A stretch of DNA of 32,000 nucleotides from assembly GCF_021378375.1 (NCBI RefSeq), contig NZ_CP076228.1, positions 300,001 to 332,000 on the forward strand, read 5' to 3'. This document shows, in pieces, positions 1-9,890 of this stretch. Positions within the stretch are counted from its first letter, which is position 1; the number at the start of each line of letters is the position of its first letter. The DNA comes from Wolbachia endosymbiont of Drosophila innubila. Its GTDB lineage: Bacteria; Pseudomonadota; Alphaproteobacteria; Rickettsiales; Anaplasmataceae. The position numbers and the translations under genes were made by a program. A model generated the notes under the pieces. It was not told the origin of the DNA. It did not search any database and worked only from the letters and a program-made list of their open reading frames with translations.

Positions 1-829
1 TTACTACCAAAGTTAGTATTAGCAATGCCAGTGCTCGATGTATAAATTGCACTGTCGCTCTGTTCTCAAAGATATTCAGCCATGTAGGCTGTAAGAAAAA
101 TAAATCTTCTGGAACGATTTGTCCGTCCATTAGTGGAAAGGTATTGTAAATTAGACCAGCATTTAATCCTGCAACAAATGCGCCGAAAATTATTTGTATC
201 ATGATCAGAACTAAAATAATTCCTACGTAGTACTTGGTGTTACAACTAATCTTAAGTTTAGTTTGCTTTGGCCTGATTTGGTAATCAAAAAATTGATATG
301 AAAATAATGCAAAGATAATTAATGCTAATAATAAGTGAAGTGCGAGCCTATAGTGGCTAACATGAGGCTTGGCTACCAAGCCGCTTTTTACCATATACCA
401 ACCAGCAAAAGCTTGTAAAGCTCCAAATAATAATGCCACAAATAGCTTTATTACTACCTTTTTAGATATTTTTCTTCTTAATGTAAAATATATAAATGGC
501 AGGACAAAAACTAAACCTGTTAGTCTTGCAACCAATCTGTGTACATATTCTATTAAGTATATAGCGCGAAACTCCTCCATACTAATACCATAGTTAAGTG
601 CTTTATATTCAGGTGTAGCTTCGTATTTTAATTTTTCTTGTAGCCAGTCTTGTTCACTCAGTGGTGGTAATGTTCCAGTAATGGGTTTCCACTCCGTGAT
701 TGACAATCCTGCTTTTGAAAGTCTGGTAAATCCACCAATCCCTACCATGAGAATTACCATGACCGAGCAGAGAAAAAGCCAAATAGCTACAGGTTTTGCT
801 TCCATAAACCATGCTGAGTTTTGTTCCAT
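1..829 (-). CDS. ctaA: Heme A synthase, COX15/CtaA family (partial, runs off the left window edge)
   Basis: Minus-strand translation from ATG at 829: [62 protein letters not shown]..., followed by ...[23 protein letters not shown]. These are typical CtaA/Cox15 motifs. It is absent from the ORF track because it has no stop inside the window. Confidence 0.93.
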   Translation of the reverse strand, partial: MEQNSAWFMEAKPVAIWLFLCSVMVILMVGIGGFTRLSKAGLSITEWKPITGTLPPLSEQDWLQEKLKYEATPEYKALNYGISMEEFRAIYLIEYVHRLVARLTGLVFVLPFIYFTLRRKISKKVVIKLFVALLFGALQAFAGWYMVKSGLVAKPHVSHYRLALHLLLALIIFALFSYQFFDYQIRPKQTKLKISCNTKYYVGIILVLIMIQIIFGAFVAGLNAGLIYNTFPLMDGQIVPEDLFFLQPTWLNIFENRATVQFIHRALALLILTLVV

Positions 830-2385
830 CGCTCAGGGTAAAGAATAAATTCCCATAAGGCAAGAAAAGCTGCAACACTATGTAGCAGACTATAGACCGG
901 AAAAAATATCGATACTATATAAAAATAAAAAGGCATCTTTTGCTGTTTGACAGCTATTACCAAAAGAATCAGGTTAGTAACGTATACCACTACAAAGTAG
1001 TACAAAAATAATTCATTTAAAACTTTAGTTAATATCAATGAAAGCAGTAAAAATGGAGTAGTAAAAAATATAAAAGCTGCAGAGCCAACAAAAAGATTCA
1101 ATAGCAAAATTCCCTTAAATCCAGTGTGTTTATAAAGTGACTTTATATTTTTTAAATGAACAATATAAGTTTGCATATAGCCTTTGATCCAGCGCGCTCT
1201 TTGCTTAATCCAAGCAAATACAGCAATTGGTGACTCTTCCAATGTTTCTGAGTCAATCATCCTGGTTTTATATCCCATTTGCGCAAGTCTCAAACCAAGG
1301 TCAGCATCTTCGGTAACACTATAAGCATCCCAGAAAAACACTTCTTTTAGAATTTTTACTGAAAAATGATTACTGCTACCACCCAAAGGTATCGGCATGT
1401 TCATTTTTTGGAATCCAGGCAATAAGTATTGAAACCAGTTCATATACTCCAGAGAAAAGAATTTTGTGAGAAAATTATAATCACAATTGTAGTAATTTAA
1501 TTTCGCCTGTACACAGGCAAGCTTATCGTCGTCCTTATTAAATTCAATCAGTGCTTTTTTTAACTGCAATGGGTCTGGTTTATCGTCCGCATCATATATT
1601 ACTGCATACTTTCCTCTAGCAAAGCTCATAGCATAATTGCATGACTTGGCTTTTGTTCTAGGCAAAGAATGAGGCACTTTTATTACTTCAAAATACTGCG
1701 GTAAAGTGTACTTTTCTATAGCTGCTAGCGTTTCTTGGTCATCACTTTCTACCTGAAGCTTCACATCTAATTTTGATTTTGGATAATCCAAACTTTCAAT
1801 GCTTTCGATCAATTGCTCTATCACTGCACTTTCTTTAAAAGCAGGCAATAAAATAGTATATATAGGAAAATCTTCTTCATTCAGCTTACTATAATCCACT
1901 TTTTGATTAGAGGTTTCACATAAGCTAAAAACTGTAGCTATAAACTTGAATAAATAACTAGAACATCCGATTATAAATATCAACATCAAAGCAAAATATG
2001 TATATTTCTCTGTTAGTGTTAAAATTGAAGTTACAATAAAGAAAGAAGCAAAAAATATTGAGCTTAGTTTAATGCTTTTAGCTGAAAAATTAGGATTCTT
2101 GTAATATAAGTAGTTGCTTGCAAATTCTGAAATACCAAAGTGCGAGTTAAGAAGATTTAAAATCTGTTCGCTATCCACTTTTATTAATACATAGTCAATG
2201 CCGTAATGAGCTTCGACCCAACGGTTGATATCTCGGCTTGTGTCTTCAACCATAAAAAAAGTAGTATCATTTAATTTTTGCCAAGGAATTATATTAAATT
2301 TATAGTAAAAAAGTTTCTCTTGCTCTTTGCACAAACTAGAATCAAACTTAATTTTTTCTACATTATCAGCTTGAAGTATAGGCAT
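787..2385 (-). CDS. Membrane-bound family 2 glycosyltransferase (BcsA-like)
   Basis: 532 aa with GT2 motifs [20 protein letters not shown] and QRARWIKG, flanked by hydrophobic segments; C-terminal WNKTQHG. Confidence 0.88.
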   Translation of the reverse strand: MPILQADNVEKIKFDSSLCKEQEKLFYYKFNIIPWQKLNDTTFFMVEDTSRDINRWVEAHYGIDYVLIKVDSEQILNLLNSHFGISEFASNYLYYKNPNFSAKSIKLSSIFFASFFIVTSILTLTEKYTYFALMLIFIIGCSSYLFKFIATVFSLCETSNQKVDYSKLNEEDFPIYTILLPAFKESAVIEQLIESIESLDYPKSKLDVKLQVESDDQETLAAIEKYTLPQYFEVIKVPHSLPRTKAKSCNYAMSFARGKYAVIYDADDKPDPLQLKKALIEFNKDDDKLACVQAKLNYYNCDYNFLTKFFSLEYMNWFQYLLPGFQKMNMPIPLGGSSNHFSVKILKEVFFWDAYSVTEDADLGLRLAQMGYKTRMIDSETLEESPIAVFAWIKQRARWIKGYMQTYIVHLKNIKSLYKHTGFKGILLLNLFVGSAAFIFFTTPFLLLSLILTKVLNELFLYYFVVVYVTNLILLVIAVKQQKMPFYFYIVSIFFPVYSLLHSVAAFLALWEFILYPERWNKTQHGLWKQNL

Positions 2386-2390
2386 TAAAC

Positions 2391-2867
2391 CTAATGCAAT
2401 TTTTTATTTAAGTCACGTGAAAATGAAGATATGACCTCGCTACTACGCTTATCATCTTTACGTTCATGCATTATTTTTTTTACAGCATCAGCAGCTATAC
2501 TCGCTGTGTTAGCCTGTAAATCTCCAAGAGCTTTTTCAACTTGGTCAGTGACTTTCTTTAAGTTAGAATGGGCATTGTCATCTAATGTCTGATCTAGCTG
2601 CTGTCTATTGTGCTTAATGATACTATTAGCTTTATCAAGTGCTTCATTCATCATTTTATTAACTTCTGCATCTAATTCTTTGTATTTTTTAGAAGATTTT
2701 TTGTAATACTCCAACATATCTTTCCTGAATTTTTCAGTTTCTTCACTTGAAAATTTGCTTTTGTTACGCTTATTGTTAAGCGCATTTTTTATCACTTTCT
2801 TTAGCAATTTATACGAAAGGACAAAACTTACCAAGAAGGCAAGACCGATAATCAGTGATGTAGACAT
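2391..2867 (-). CDS. atpF: F0F1 ATP synthase subunit b
   Basis: 158 aa, one N-terminal TM followed by a charged helical domain; directly after the b-prime gene in an F0 cluster. Confidence 0.85.
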   Translation of the reverse strand: MSTSLIIGLAFLVSFVLSYKLLKKVIKNALNNKRNKSKFSSEETEKFRKDMLEYYKKSSKKYKELDAEVNKMMNEALDKANSIIKHNRQQLDQTLDDNAHSNLKKVTDQVEKALGDLQANTASIAADAVKKIMHERKDDKRSSEVISSFSRDLNKKLH

Positions 2868-2875
2868 AAAAACCC

Positions 2876-3355
2876 CTAAAATTCTTTGGACACCAAGTCA
2901 GCAATAAATTCCTCTTCAATTTCAGAATTAGTCAATTTAGTATAATAAATTAAAGCAATACTAGTAGCCATTTGTTTTAACTGATCAGTATATTCAGATT
3001 TAAATTCTGCCACTTTTTTTTCAATAAGCTTGCTCTTTTTTTTATCTTCCTCTTCTAATATATTCTTAACATTAGCTCTCATTTCTTCTACCTGAGCAAG
3101 TGCATCATCTATGATTTTTTTTGCCTGTATTCTAGCTTGGGTTAAAGCTGCGTTATACTTGGTAATCTGATCTTCCGTAAGTCTTAAAAGATGAACAGAA
3201 CTATTAAAAGAACCCAATACTTCTTTACTTCTAGTGCTTATTATTTCATCTAACTTTGGCAAAAATAAACAACTTACTACGAAAAAAAGTGAAGAGAAAA
3301 AAATTAAAAACCAAAAAACTTGACAAAAGAAGGTTGAAACATCAAGCTGTGGCAT
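2876..3355 (-). CDS. atpG: F0F1 ATP synthase subunit b-prime
   Basis: 159 aa starting MPQLDVSTFFCQVFWFLIFF, typical alphaproteobacterial b-prime N-terminus, then a long helix. Confidence 0.87.
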   Translation of the reverse strand: MPQLDVSTFFCQVFWFLIFFSSLFFVVSCLFLPKLDEIISTRSKEVLGSFNSSVHLLRLTEDQITKYNAALTQARIQAKKIIDDALAQVEEMRANVKNILEEEDKKKSKLIEKKVAEFKSEYTDQLKQMATSIALIYYTKLTNSEIEEEFIADLVSKEF

Positions 3356-3358
3356 CTG

Positions 3359-3586
3359 TTAAGCAGCAAATATTAATAACATTGCAAGTACAAACGCAAG
3401 TAATCCCATGATTTCAACCATGGCAGCACCAATATAAACATAACTTTTCATTTTACCTTCTGATTCAGGGTTTCTCGCAATCCCATTTAACATAGCAGAG
3501 AAGATATTAGCTATACCTAAACCAGCGCCGAGCATTCCAAACACAGCTAAACCAATTGCTATAAATTTTAAAGCTACTAAATCCAT
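3359..3586 (-). CDS. atpE: F0F1 ATP synthase subunit c
   Basis: 75 aa, two TM hairpin with GLGIANIFSAMLNGIARNPE and the AMVEIMGLLAFVLAMLL carboxylate helix. Confidence 0.96.
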   Translation of the reverse strand: MDLVALKFIAIGLAVFGMLGAGLGIANIFSAMLNGIARNPESEGKMKSYVYIGAAMVEIMGLLAFVLAMLLIFAA

Positions 3587-3645
3587 ATATTACCTTTAAT
3601 TATTTCTTTATAATATAATTGTAAAATATTCTACAAGGAAGTCAA

Positions 3646-4371
3646 TTACTTTACTGCATCTGACAAATATACACATGTTAATATAGTAAATATATAAGCT
3701 TGTAAAATTGCAACAAATACTTCAAATCCTATCAATGCAATTATGAACAAAAACGGCGCAGGAGTGAAAAATATGTTCATATTTACAATAAACCCTGCTA
3801 TCACTTTGATGATTGTATGACCAGCAATCATATTTGCTGCAAGCCTTATTGATAGGCTAACCGGCCTTACTAAATAAGCAAACAACTTAATAATAATTAT
3901 TATAGGTGCAAGCCACGAAGGAGTTCCTTTTGGTAGCAATATGCGTAAAAATTCTACTCCCCTTTCTTTAAATCCAACAATCGTTATATAAATAAAAACC
4001 ACCATCGATAAAGCGAAGGTGACTATCACATGACTTGTGACCGTGAAACTATAAGGAAGAACACCAACTAAATTACACGATAAAATGAAAATAAATACTG
4101 TGAATATCAATGGAATGTGCTGCAAGCCTTTGCTTCCAGTGTTATTTTCTATTATTGAAATAACAAAATCATATACATACTCAACTGCAGCTTGCAAATA
4201 TCCTGGTATTACTGACCCCTTCTTTATTCCAAAAAGCAAAAAGAGTATCATCAATATCACCGAAATCATCGTGAAAAAAGATGAATTGGTAAAGCTTACG
4301 TCATACCCAAATAACCTAGGTAACTCTATTATTGTATATACCTTAAACTGTTCCAGTGGATTTAGTGCCAT
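3646..4371 (-). CDS. atpB: F0F1 ATP synthase subunit a
   Basis: 241 aa with [14 protein letters not shown] and [24 protein letters not shown] motifs. Confidence 0.96.
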   Translation of the reverse strand: MALNPLEQFKVYTIIELPRLFGYDVSFTNSSFFTMISVILMILFLLFGIKKGSVIPGYLQAAVEYVYDFVISIIENNTGSKGLQHIPLIFTVFIFILSCNLVGVLPYSFTVTSHVIVTFALSMVVFIYITIVGFKERGVEFLRILLPKGTPSWLAPIIIIIKLFAYLVRPVSLSIRLAANMIAGHTIIKVIAGFIVNMNIFFTPAPFLFIIALIGFEVFVAILQAYIFTILTCVYLSDAVK

Positions 4372-4600
4372 TTTAATCTGAATTATAAACAGTAAATAAA
4401 GTATGAATTTTATAGGACAAAGTCAAGAATTAAGATAAGGCTCTGTATTATTATAACATTAACATATTAACAAAATATGTAATTAGAATGTTAATTACAG
4501 TCAGCTCTGTATTTTAAAATTTACTAATCTTGTTAAATTATTCAATATCTTGACTTAATATCTTATTTTGATTATAATTTAATTTTTAGTGAGGTATATA

Positions 4601-4890
4601 ATGAACGAAATAGATTTTATTAACACTAATCATCCTTTAAATTTGGAGCAGGAATTTGGAGCAGGAATTTGGAGCAGGAATTTGGTAACGGATACATCGA
4701 ATCAGTAGATTGTTTCCTTGACGAAGATACTCGCGATTATTACATAGGACTCAACAATGCAATAATACACTTCTTTTTTGATGGTAACATTGATGAGGAT
4801 GCCTGGGATTATGAAAGTCTTAAATTCTTTCTGGAGATAGATTTAAAAGGTGATATAGAAAAAATTCTTTCTCTTCGCAAGAAGATATAA
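4601..4890 (+). pseudogene. Small conserved-looking hypothetical gene, frameshifted by a 13-bp tandem repeat
   Basis: ATG at 4601 with GAGG 6 nt upstream opens a frame that hits TAG at 4706-4708. The downstream frame (ORF track 4669-4890, GYIESVDCFLDEDTRDYYIGLNNAIIHFFFDG...) joins perfectly if two of the three 13-bp copies are removed. Confidence 0.65.
4642..4685. repeat. 13-bp tandem repeat, 3 full copies plus 5 bp (TTTGGAGCAGGAA)n
   Basis: Direct reading: copies at 4642-4654, 4655-4667, 4668-4680, then TTTGG. Confidence 0.98.
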
Positions 4891-4901
4891 AGTTACAAAA
4901 G

Positions 4902-4930
4902 CTTCTACATCATAAACAATGATGTAGAAG
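4902..4930 (+). terminator. Perfect 12-bp stem-loop downstream of the small hypothetical gene
   Basis: CTTCTACATCAT - AAACA - ATGATGTAGAAG; located 11 bp after the stop at 4890. There is no strong T-tract, so the terminator function is tentative. Confidence 0.45.
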
Positions 4931-5002
4931 TATTCCACTACAACAAGCTTTAAAAGCACTACATTTTATATTACAATAACTTTTTCACTTCTTTTTAGGT
5001 CC

Positions 5003-7342
5003 ATGAAATTCACATTATCTTGGTTATTAGAGTACTTAGAAACCAATGCGAGTTTAGAAGAAATTACCGATAAATTAACTCACATAGGGTTAGAAGTAGA
5101 AGATGTGATCGATAATTCCAGATTGACTGGGTTTATCGTTGCAGAGGTATTAGAAGTCGTACCTCATCCAAATGCTGATAAATTAAAATTATGTAAAGTA
5201 GATGACGGAAGTAAAATTCTACAAATAGTTTGCGGAGCAAACAATGTTAGAGAAGGTATGAAAACTGTGCTTGCATCTCTTGGTAGCACATTGCCAGAAA
5301 GTGATTTCACAATCAAGCCCACAAAAATACGAGGAGTGCTAAGTGAAGGGATGCTCTGCTCTGCTTCTGAACTTGCGCTGGTTCAAGAGGAAAGTGAAGG
5401 AATAATCGAGCTTTCCGATGATTATAAAGTAGGGGATAAATTTTTCAATTGTGACCCTGTAATTGATATAAATGTTACTCCAAACCGTGGAGATTGCTTA
5501 GGCATTTATGGAATAGCTCGCGACCTTGCTGCAACTGGAATTGGGACATTAAAGACTTTAAGCATTCCACAACTTACCAGCTCCATAAATTCACCAATCG
5601 ATGTTGAAGTTACTGACGGGGAAAGTTTTATTAGTGGAATATACATCGCCAATGTAAAAAATCAAGAAAGCCCAAAATGGTTAAAAGATAGGCTGGAATC
5701 GATAGGAATGCGCTCCATTTCTGCAATAGTTGATATCACGAACTATATTATGATATCTTTCAGCCGCCCAATGCACGCGTATGATGCAAAAAAAATAGAA
5801 GGAGAGCTCACAGTACGCAAAGCAAACGACGGAGAAAAATTTGCTGGTTTGAACGGTAAAGAATACTTATTAAACAAAGACATAAGCGTTATTGCAGGTG
5901 ATAAAAATATTCATGGAATTGCTGGAATTATAGGTGGTAAGTGCAGTGAATGTACTCTTGAAACTACTGATATCTTTTTAGAGTCTGCTTGGTTCGATCC
6001 CATCTCTATTACTAAATCTTCAAGGCAGCTCGGCATCTCCACAGACGCTAGTTACAGATTTGCACGTTCAGTTGATCCTGAATTTACTTTTGATGGACTC
6101 AACCTTGCAGCTAAAATGATTCTGGACTTATGTGGTGGAGAAACCTCAAGCGTAGTGTCTGCTGGCAGTTTAGATAGTGCTGACACCAAGGTGAGCTTTG
6201 ATTATCAGGATGTGAACAAGTTTGGAAGTGTGTCTGTATCGCCTGATGAGGTGCTTGATATCTTAACGAAACTAGGGTTTAGTATTGATAAAAAAACCGA
6301 AGGCAATTGGAATGTACAAGTACCAAGCTGGAGACCGGACGTGACAATACCGGCTGACCTAATCGAAGAAGTAACAAGGATATACGGCTATGACAAAATA
6401 AAAGAAGAACCACTACCAAATAATGTTGAAGAAGTAGATAGTACATACGACAATTTGCGTATTTTGATGACAAACAGAGGGTTTCATGAAGTGCTAACCT
6501 GGTCGTTTATGAGTGAATCAACAGCTGAAAAATTTGGTTACTCGAATAAGTTATTTATCATCGATAATCCGTTTAACAATAGCTTTAATATAATGAGACC
6601 AAGTATTATGCCAAATTTATTGCAAGTTACTGCTGATAATATTGCCCATGGAATATCTGATCTTGCAATCTTCGAAATCGGGCCGATTTACGATGGTGAA
6701 GCTCAGTCTAAGTATGTTTTAAGTGGAATTAGGTCAGGAAATAATTTACCGCGAAACCATTATAATACTGATAGGAAAGTAGATGTTTTTGACGCAAAGG
6801 CTGATTGCATAGCAGCTTTGGAGTTTTTTAACGTTAATTGTGATAATTTAACGATAGAGAAAGCAGAAAAAGAACATTACCACCCAGGAAAGTCAGGCAC
6901 TCTCTCTTTTAAGAATAAAGTAGCAGGTTATTTTGGAGAGTTGCATCCTAATATATTAGATCTTTTTGATATCAAGCAAAAAGTTGTAGGTTTTGAGGTA
7001 ATACTAGAAAATATTGAAAATTTACCTGTAAGTAGAAAGAAATTTATCGATTATAAATACCAAAGTGTAAAACGTGATTTTGCATTTATAGTAAATAAGG
7101 ATGTGGAAGTAGGTAACATAATCAATGTGATAAAAAAAAGCTCAGAGCTCATCACAGAAGTTTTGATATTCGATGTATACCATGGAAATAATATAGAACC
7201 GAATAAGATGTCTATAGCGTTGTCAGTTACTTTTTGCTCTCCAATCCACACTTTAACTGAAAAAGAGATCCAAAAAGAATCAAGTGCTATAGTTAATTTA
7301 GTATGTGAAAATACCGGAGGAACTTTGAGAACTTATCGTTGA
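5003..7342 (+). CDS. pheT: Phenylalanine--tRNA ligase beta subunit
   Basis: 779 aa with [32 protein letters not shown] tRNA-binding domain, [23 protein letters not shown] and the C-terminal FDX-ACB domain. Confidence 0.97.
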
Positions 7343-9822
7343 GTCACAATCATAGTTTCCTGCCGTTGCTGTGTCACACTTACTTCATCCAATTTATTTC
7401 CAATATTGAATTCAATATCCTTGGAAAATCTATCCCACATTCCATGCAAATGCTCTTCTATTTTAGGCCACACATCATTTTTAAATGTTACCCCATCACC
7501 AGAAAATAAATTACCTAAAAAGGCTCCAATACCTTCATAATTTGACTGAAAATATTGAAGAAATGTCTCTCCTTCTTTATAAGTATTATGTGCCACATTT
7601 AACGCTTTTTTCTCTGTAGTCTCTTTATAAGCATTTGATGCTCCAATCTTTATTGCACCAAACATAACTTTACTCCAGTTCTTAACTTTCTGTACACAAC
7701 CTTCACTATTTCCTGGTATATTATTTATTATATTTTTTGTCAAATTGTCTATCAAAGGAGATAATAAATTTTGACTAAAATGTTTGATATTATCTTTTGT
7801 TTTAATTACAGGATATTTGATGCGTTTTTCTGCTAAACAGTACTCCAGTTCTGCTCTTTCTAATAACTTCTTGATTTCTTTTTCATCAAAAGTTTCAAGC
7901 TTGAATACCTTCAGTAAATCATCTTCTATTACTGCAAATTTTATTTTTTCACGAGACGTTAGTTCTTCTTTATAATCATTTTTTGTTTCTTCATTTATCA
8001 ATAATTCTTTTTTGCCTAATTCTAACTGTTTTAATGCTTTCAGAATTTCTTCATTCCTTTTTAAGAGCACTTCTATTGATCTTGTACCCGGATGCCCTTT
8101 TTCCCTGTTATTTTGTTCAGCTTGTAAACGCTTATTTTGATCTTTGAGTGTTTGTTCTAATGTAGATTTTTCTAAATGTCCTTCATCTTGCACGCGAAAA
8201 GCTTCAATTATTTCTGCTAGACCTGATTCACCATATTTTCTTAATTTCTTGCATAAACGTAAAACACCCTTTTTTTGTTCTCGAAGTAACCTTTGCACTT
8301 TATATTTTTTTATTTCTAAATACATCTTTTCTATAAAGTCATTTATTTTAGCTGAAGCTTCCTTATCCGATGGAACCTTTACTTTTTTTTCTAAATCTTC
8401 AAGCTGCTTCCTTAGGCTTTGCTTCTCCTTATCCGGTATATCTGATTGACTTAACTTACCTTGAACTTTTTTCATTACTGATTTTATCAGCCTGCGCTCA
8501 ATCTCTTGATCATCATATTCGAATTTAAAAAGGTCTTCTAACCCCCTTTTTAAGGTGTCATTTGTTAAGCTACTGTTTTCATGTATTTCTTTTAATTTCT
8601 TATATATATTGTTACACCTTGTTTGACCTATTCCTCTTAAACTCTCTAATTCCTGTCTCACTAAAGAATTTTTTATCTCATCTTCCAGCGAAAAATCTTC
8701 TCCCCGTCTATCTCGCTGAAACTTAATTGCTTGTATAAAGGCAACTTGATAAGCACTTTGTATTAAGTGACTTGTCAAATTAGGACCTATACTATCTACC
8801 ACTTTCGACTTGAATTCGTTCAATAATTCCTTCAATTTATCATATGTAATCTCTTTCTTTTCTAGCTTTATCAGTTCTTCCATAGTCTTCGCAAATTCCT
8901 GAATAGAAGTTGCAAGCACATCCTTGATTTCATTGCGTAAGGGCTTAAGACCATTTTTTAAATTGATGTTAGTTGACAATTTCAGTACGATGCTATGCTC
9001 TGAATTCCGCGTCACATCAAACCACTTGTTATTTTCATTTTCATACAAATCTCTAAGCAATCGTTTAAATTGCGGTGGAAATTCTATTTCCATATCCCAC
9101 GCAATATTTGGTCCAGTAACTTCCTTTTCATGAAAAGACACCTCAATATTTTGATGCTTATTAGAATACTGCCCCATACTTATTTTAAGAGTAGTAACTA
9201 AAGAGTGAGATAAATCTCTATTTAAAAGATAAAAAGTAGCCAAAGCAATTGTTGCAGGAACAACTAAGGCTACAAGTACAGCCATATTAACAAAAATTGC
9301 TATTGCAGCAAGAACACCATATGCCAATCTTTTTGGCACGCCAGTTTCACTCTTTTTTGTCTTATCTTCCCCTACACTGTCTTGTGTCTTGCTGTTTGCT
9401 TGAAATCTACTGCATACGACTAATCCCAGTGCAGTAAAAGCAATATAAGGAAGCATTAAAACTGACAGAGCTAAATTTAATATTTTCTTTTCTGGGCAAG
9501 TTCTATTTATTTCCTTAAATATTTCGCTTGATATATTATACCAGGAAGTAAAAAAATCAGAGTTATAATCTTTATAATGAAATATACTGAGTGGAACGTT
9601 AAAATTAGCTAACGGCTCTTGTTCTTCCACAGCATCAAAAAATTCTTCTTCCTCTTCTGAAGTAGCAAGACCTAAATTATTCCCTTCTTCTACATTAGAA
9701 ACAGCTTCCATAGCATCAAAAAACTCTTCTTCCTCCTCCAAAGTAACAACAGATTCTGCTTTACCTAAACCACCACTATTGTTAACAACTTCTTCATAAT
9801 CATCTGCAACAGCTTTATTCAT
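7333..9822 (-). CDS. Large hypothetical membrane-associated protein with acidic N-terminus and long charged helical region
   Basis: 829 aa uninterrupted ORF. Acidic N-terminus with two EEEEEFFDA motifs, two strongly hydrophobic segments ([24 protein letters not shown] and [35 protein letters not shown]), then a K/E-rich region of likely coiled coil. Confidence 0.85.
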
Positions 9823-9890
9823 ATTATAACCTTATCCAATTACCTTAAGTATAGCATAAATACTGACAATCTTGCAACTTTATTAAAAAT

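Noticed and set aside
654-878. 74-aa minus-strand ORF
   Set aside because: Out of frame with both ctaA and the GT2 C-terminus, whose translations match known families.
4085-4381. 98-aa plus-strand ORF overlapping atpB
   Set aside because: Antisense to a highly conserved subunit a gene.
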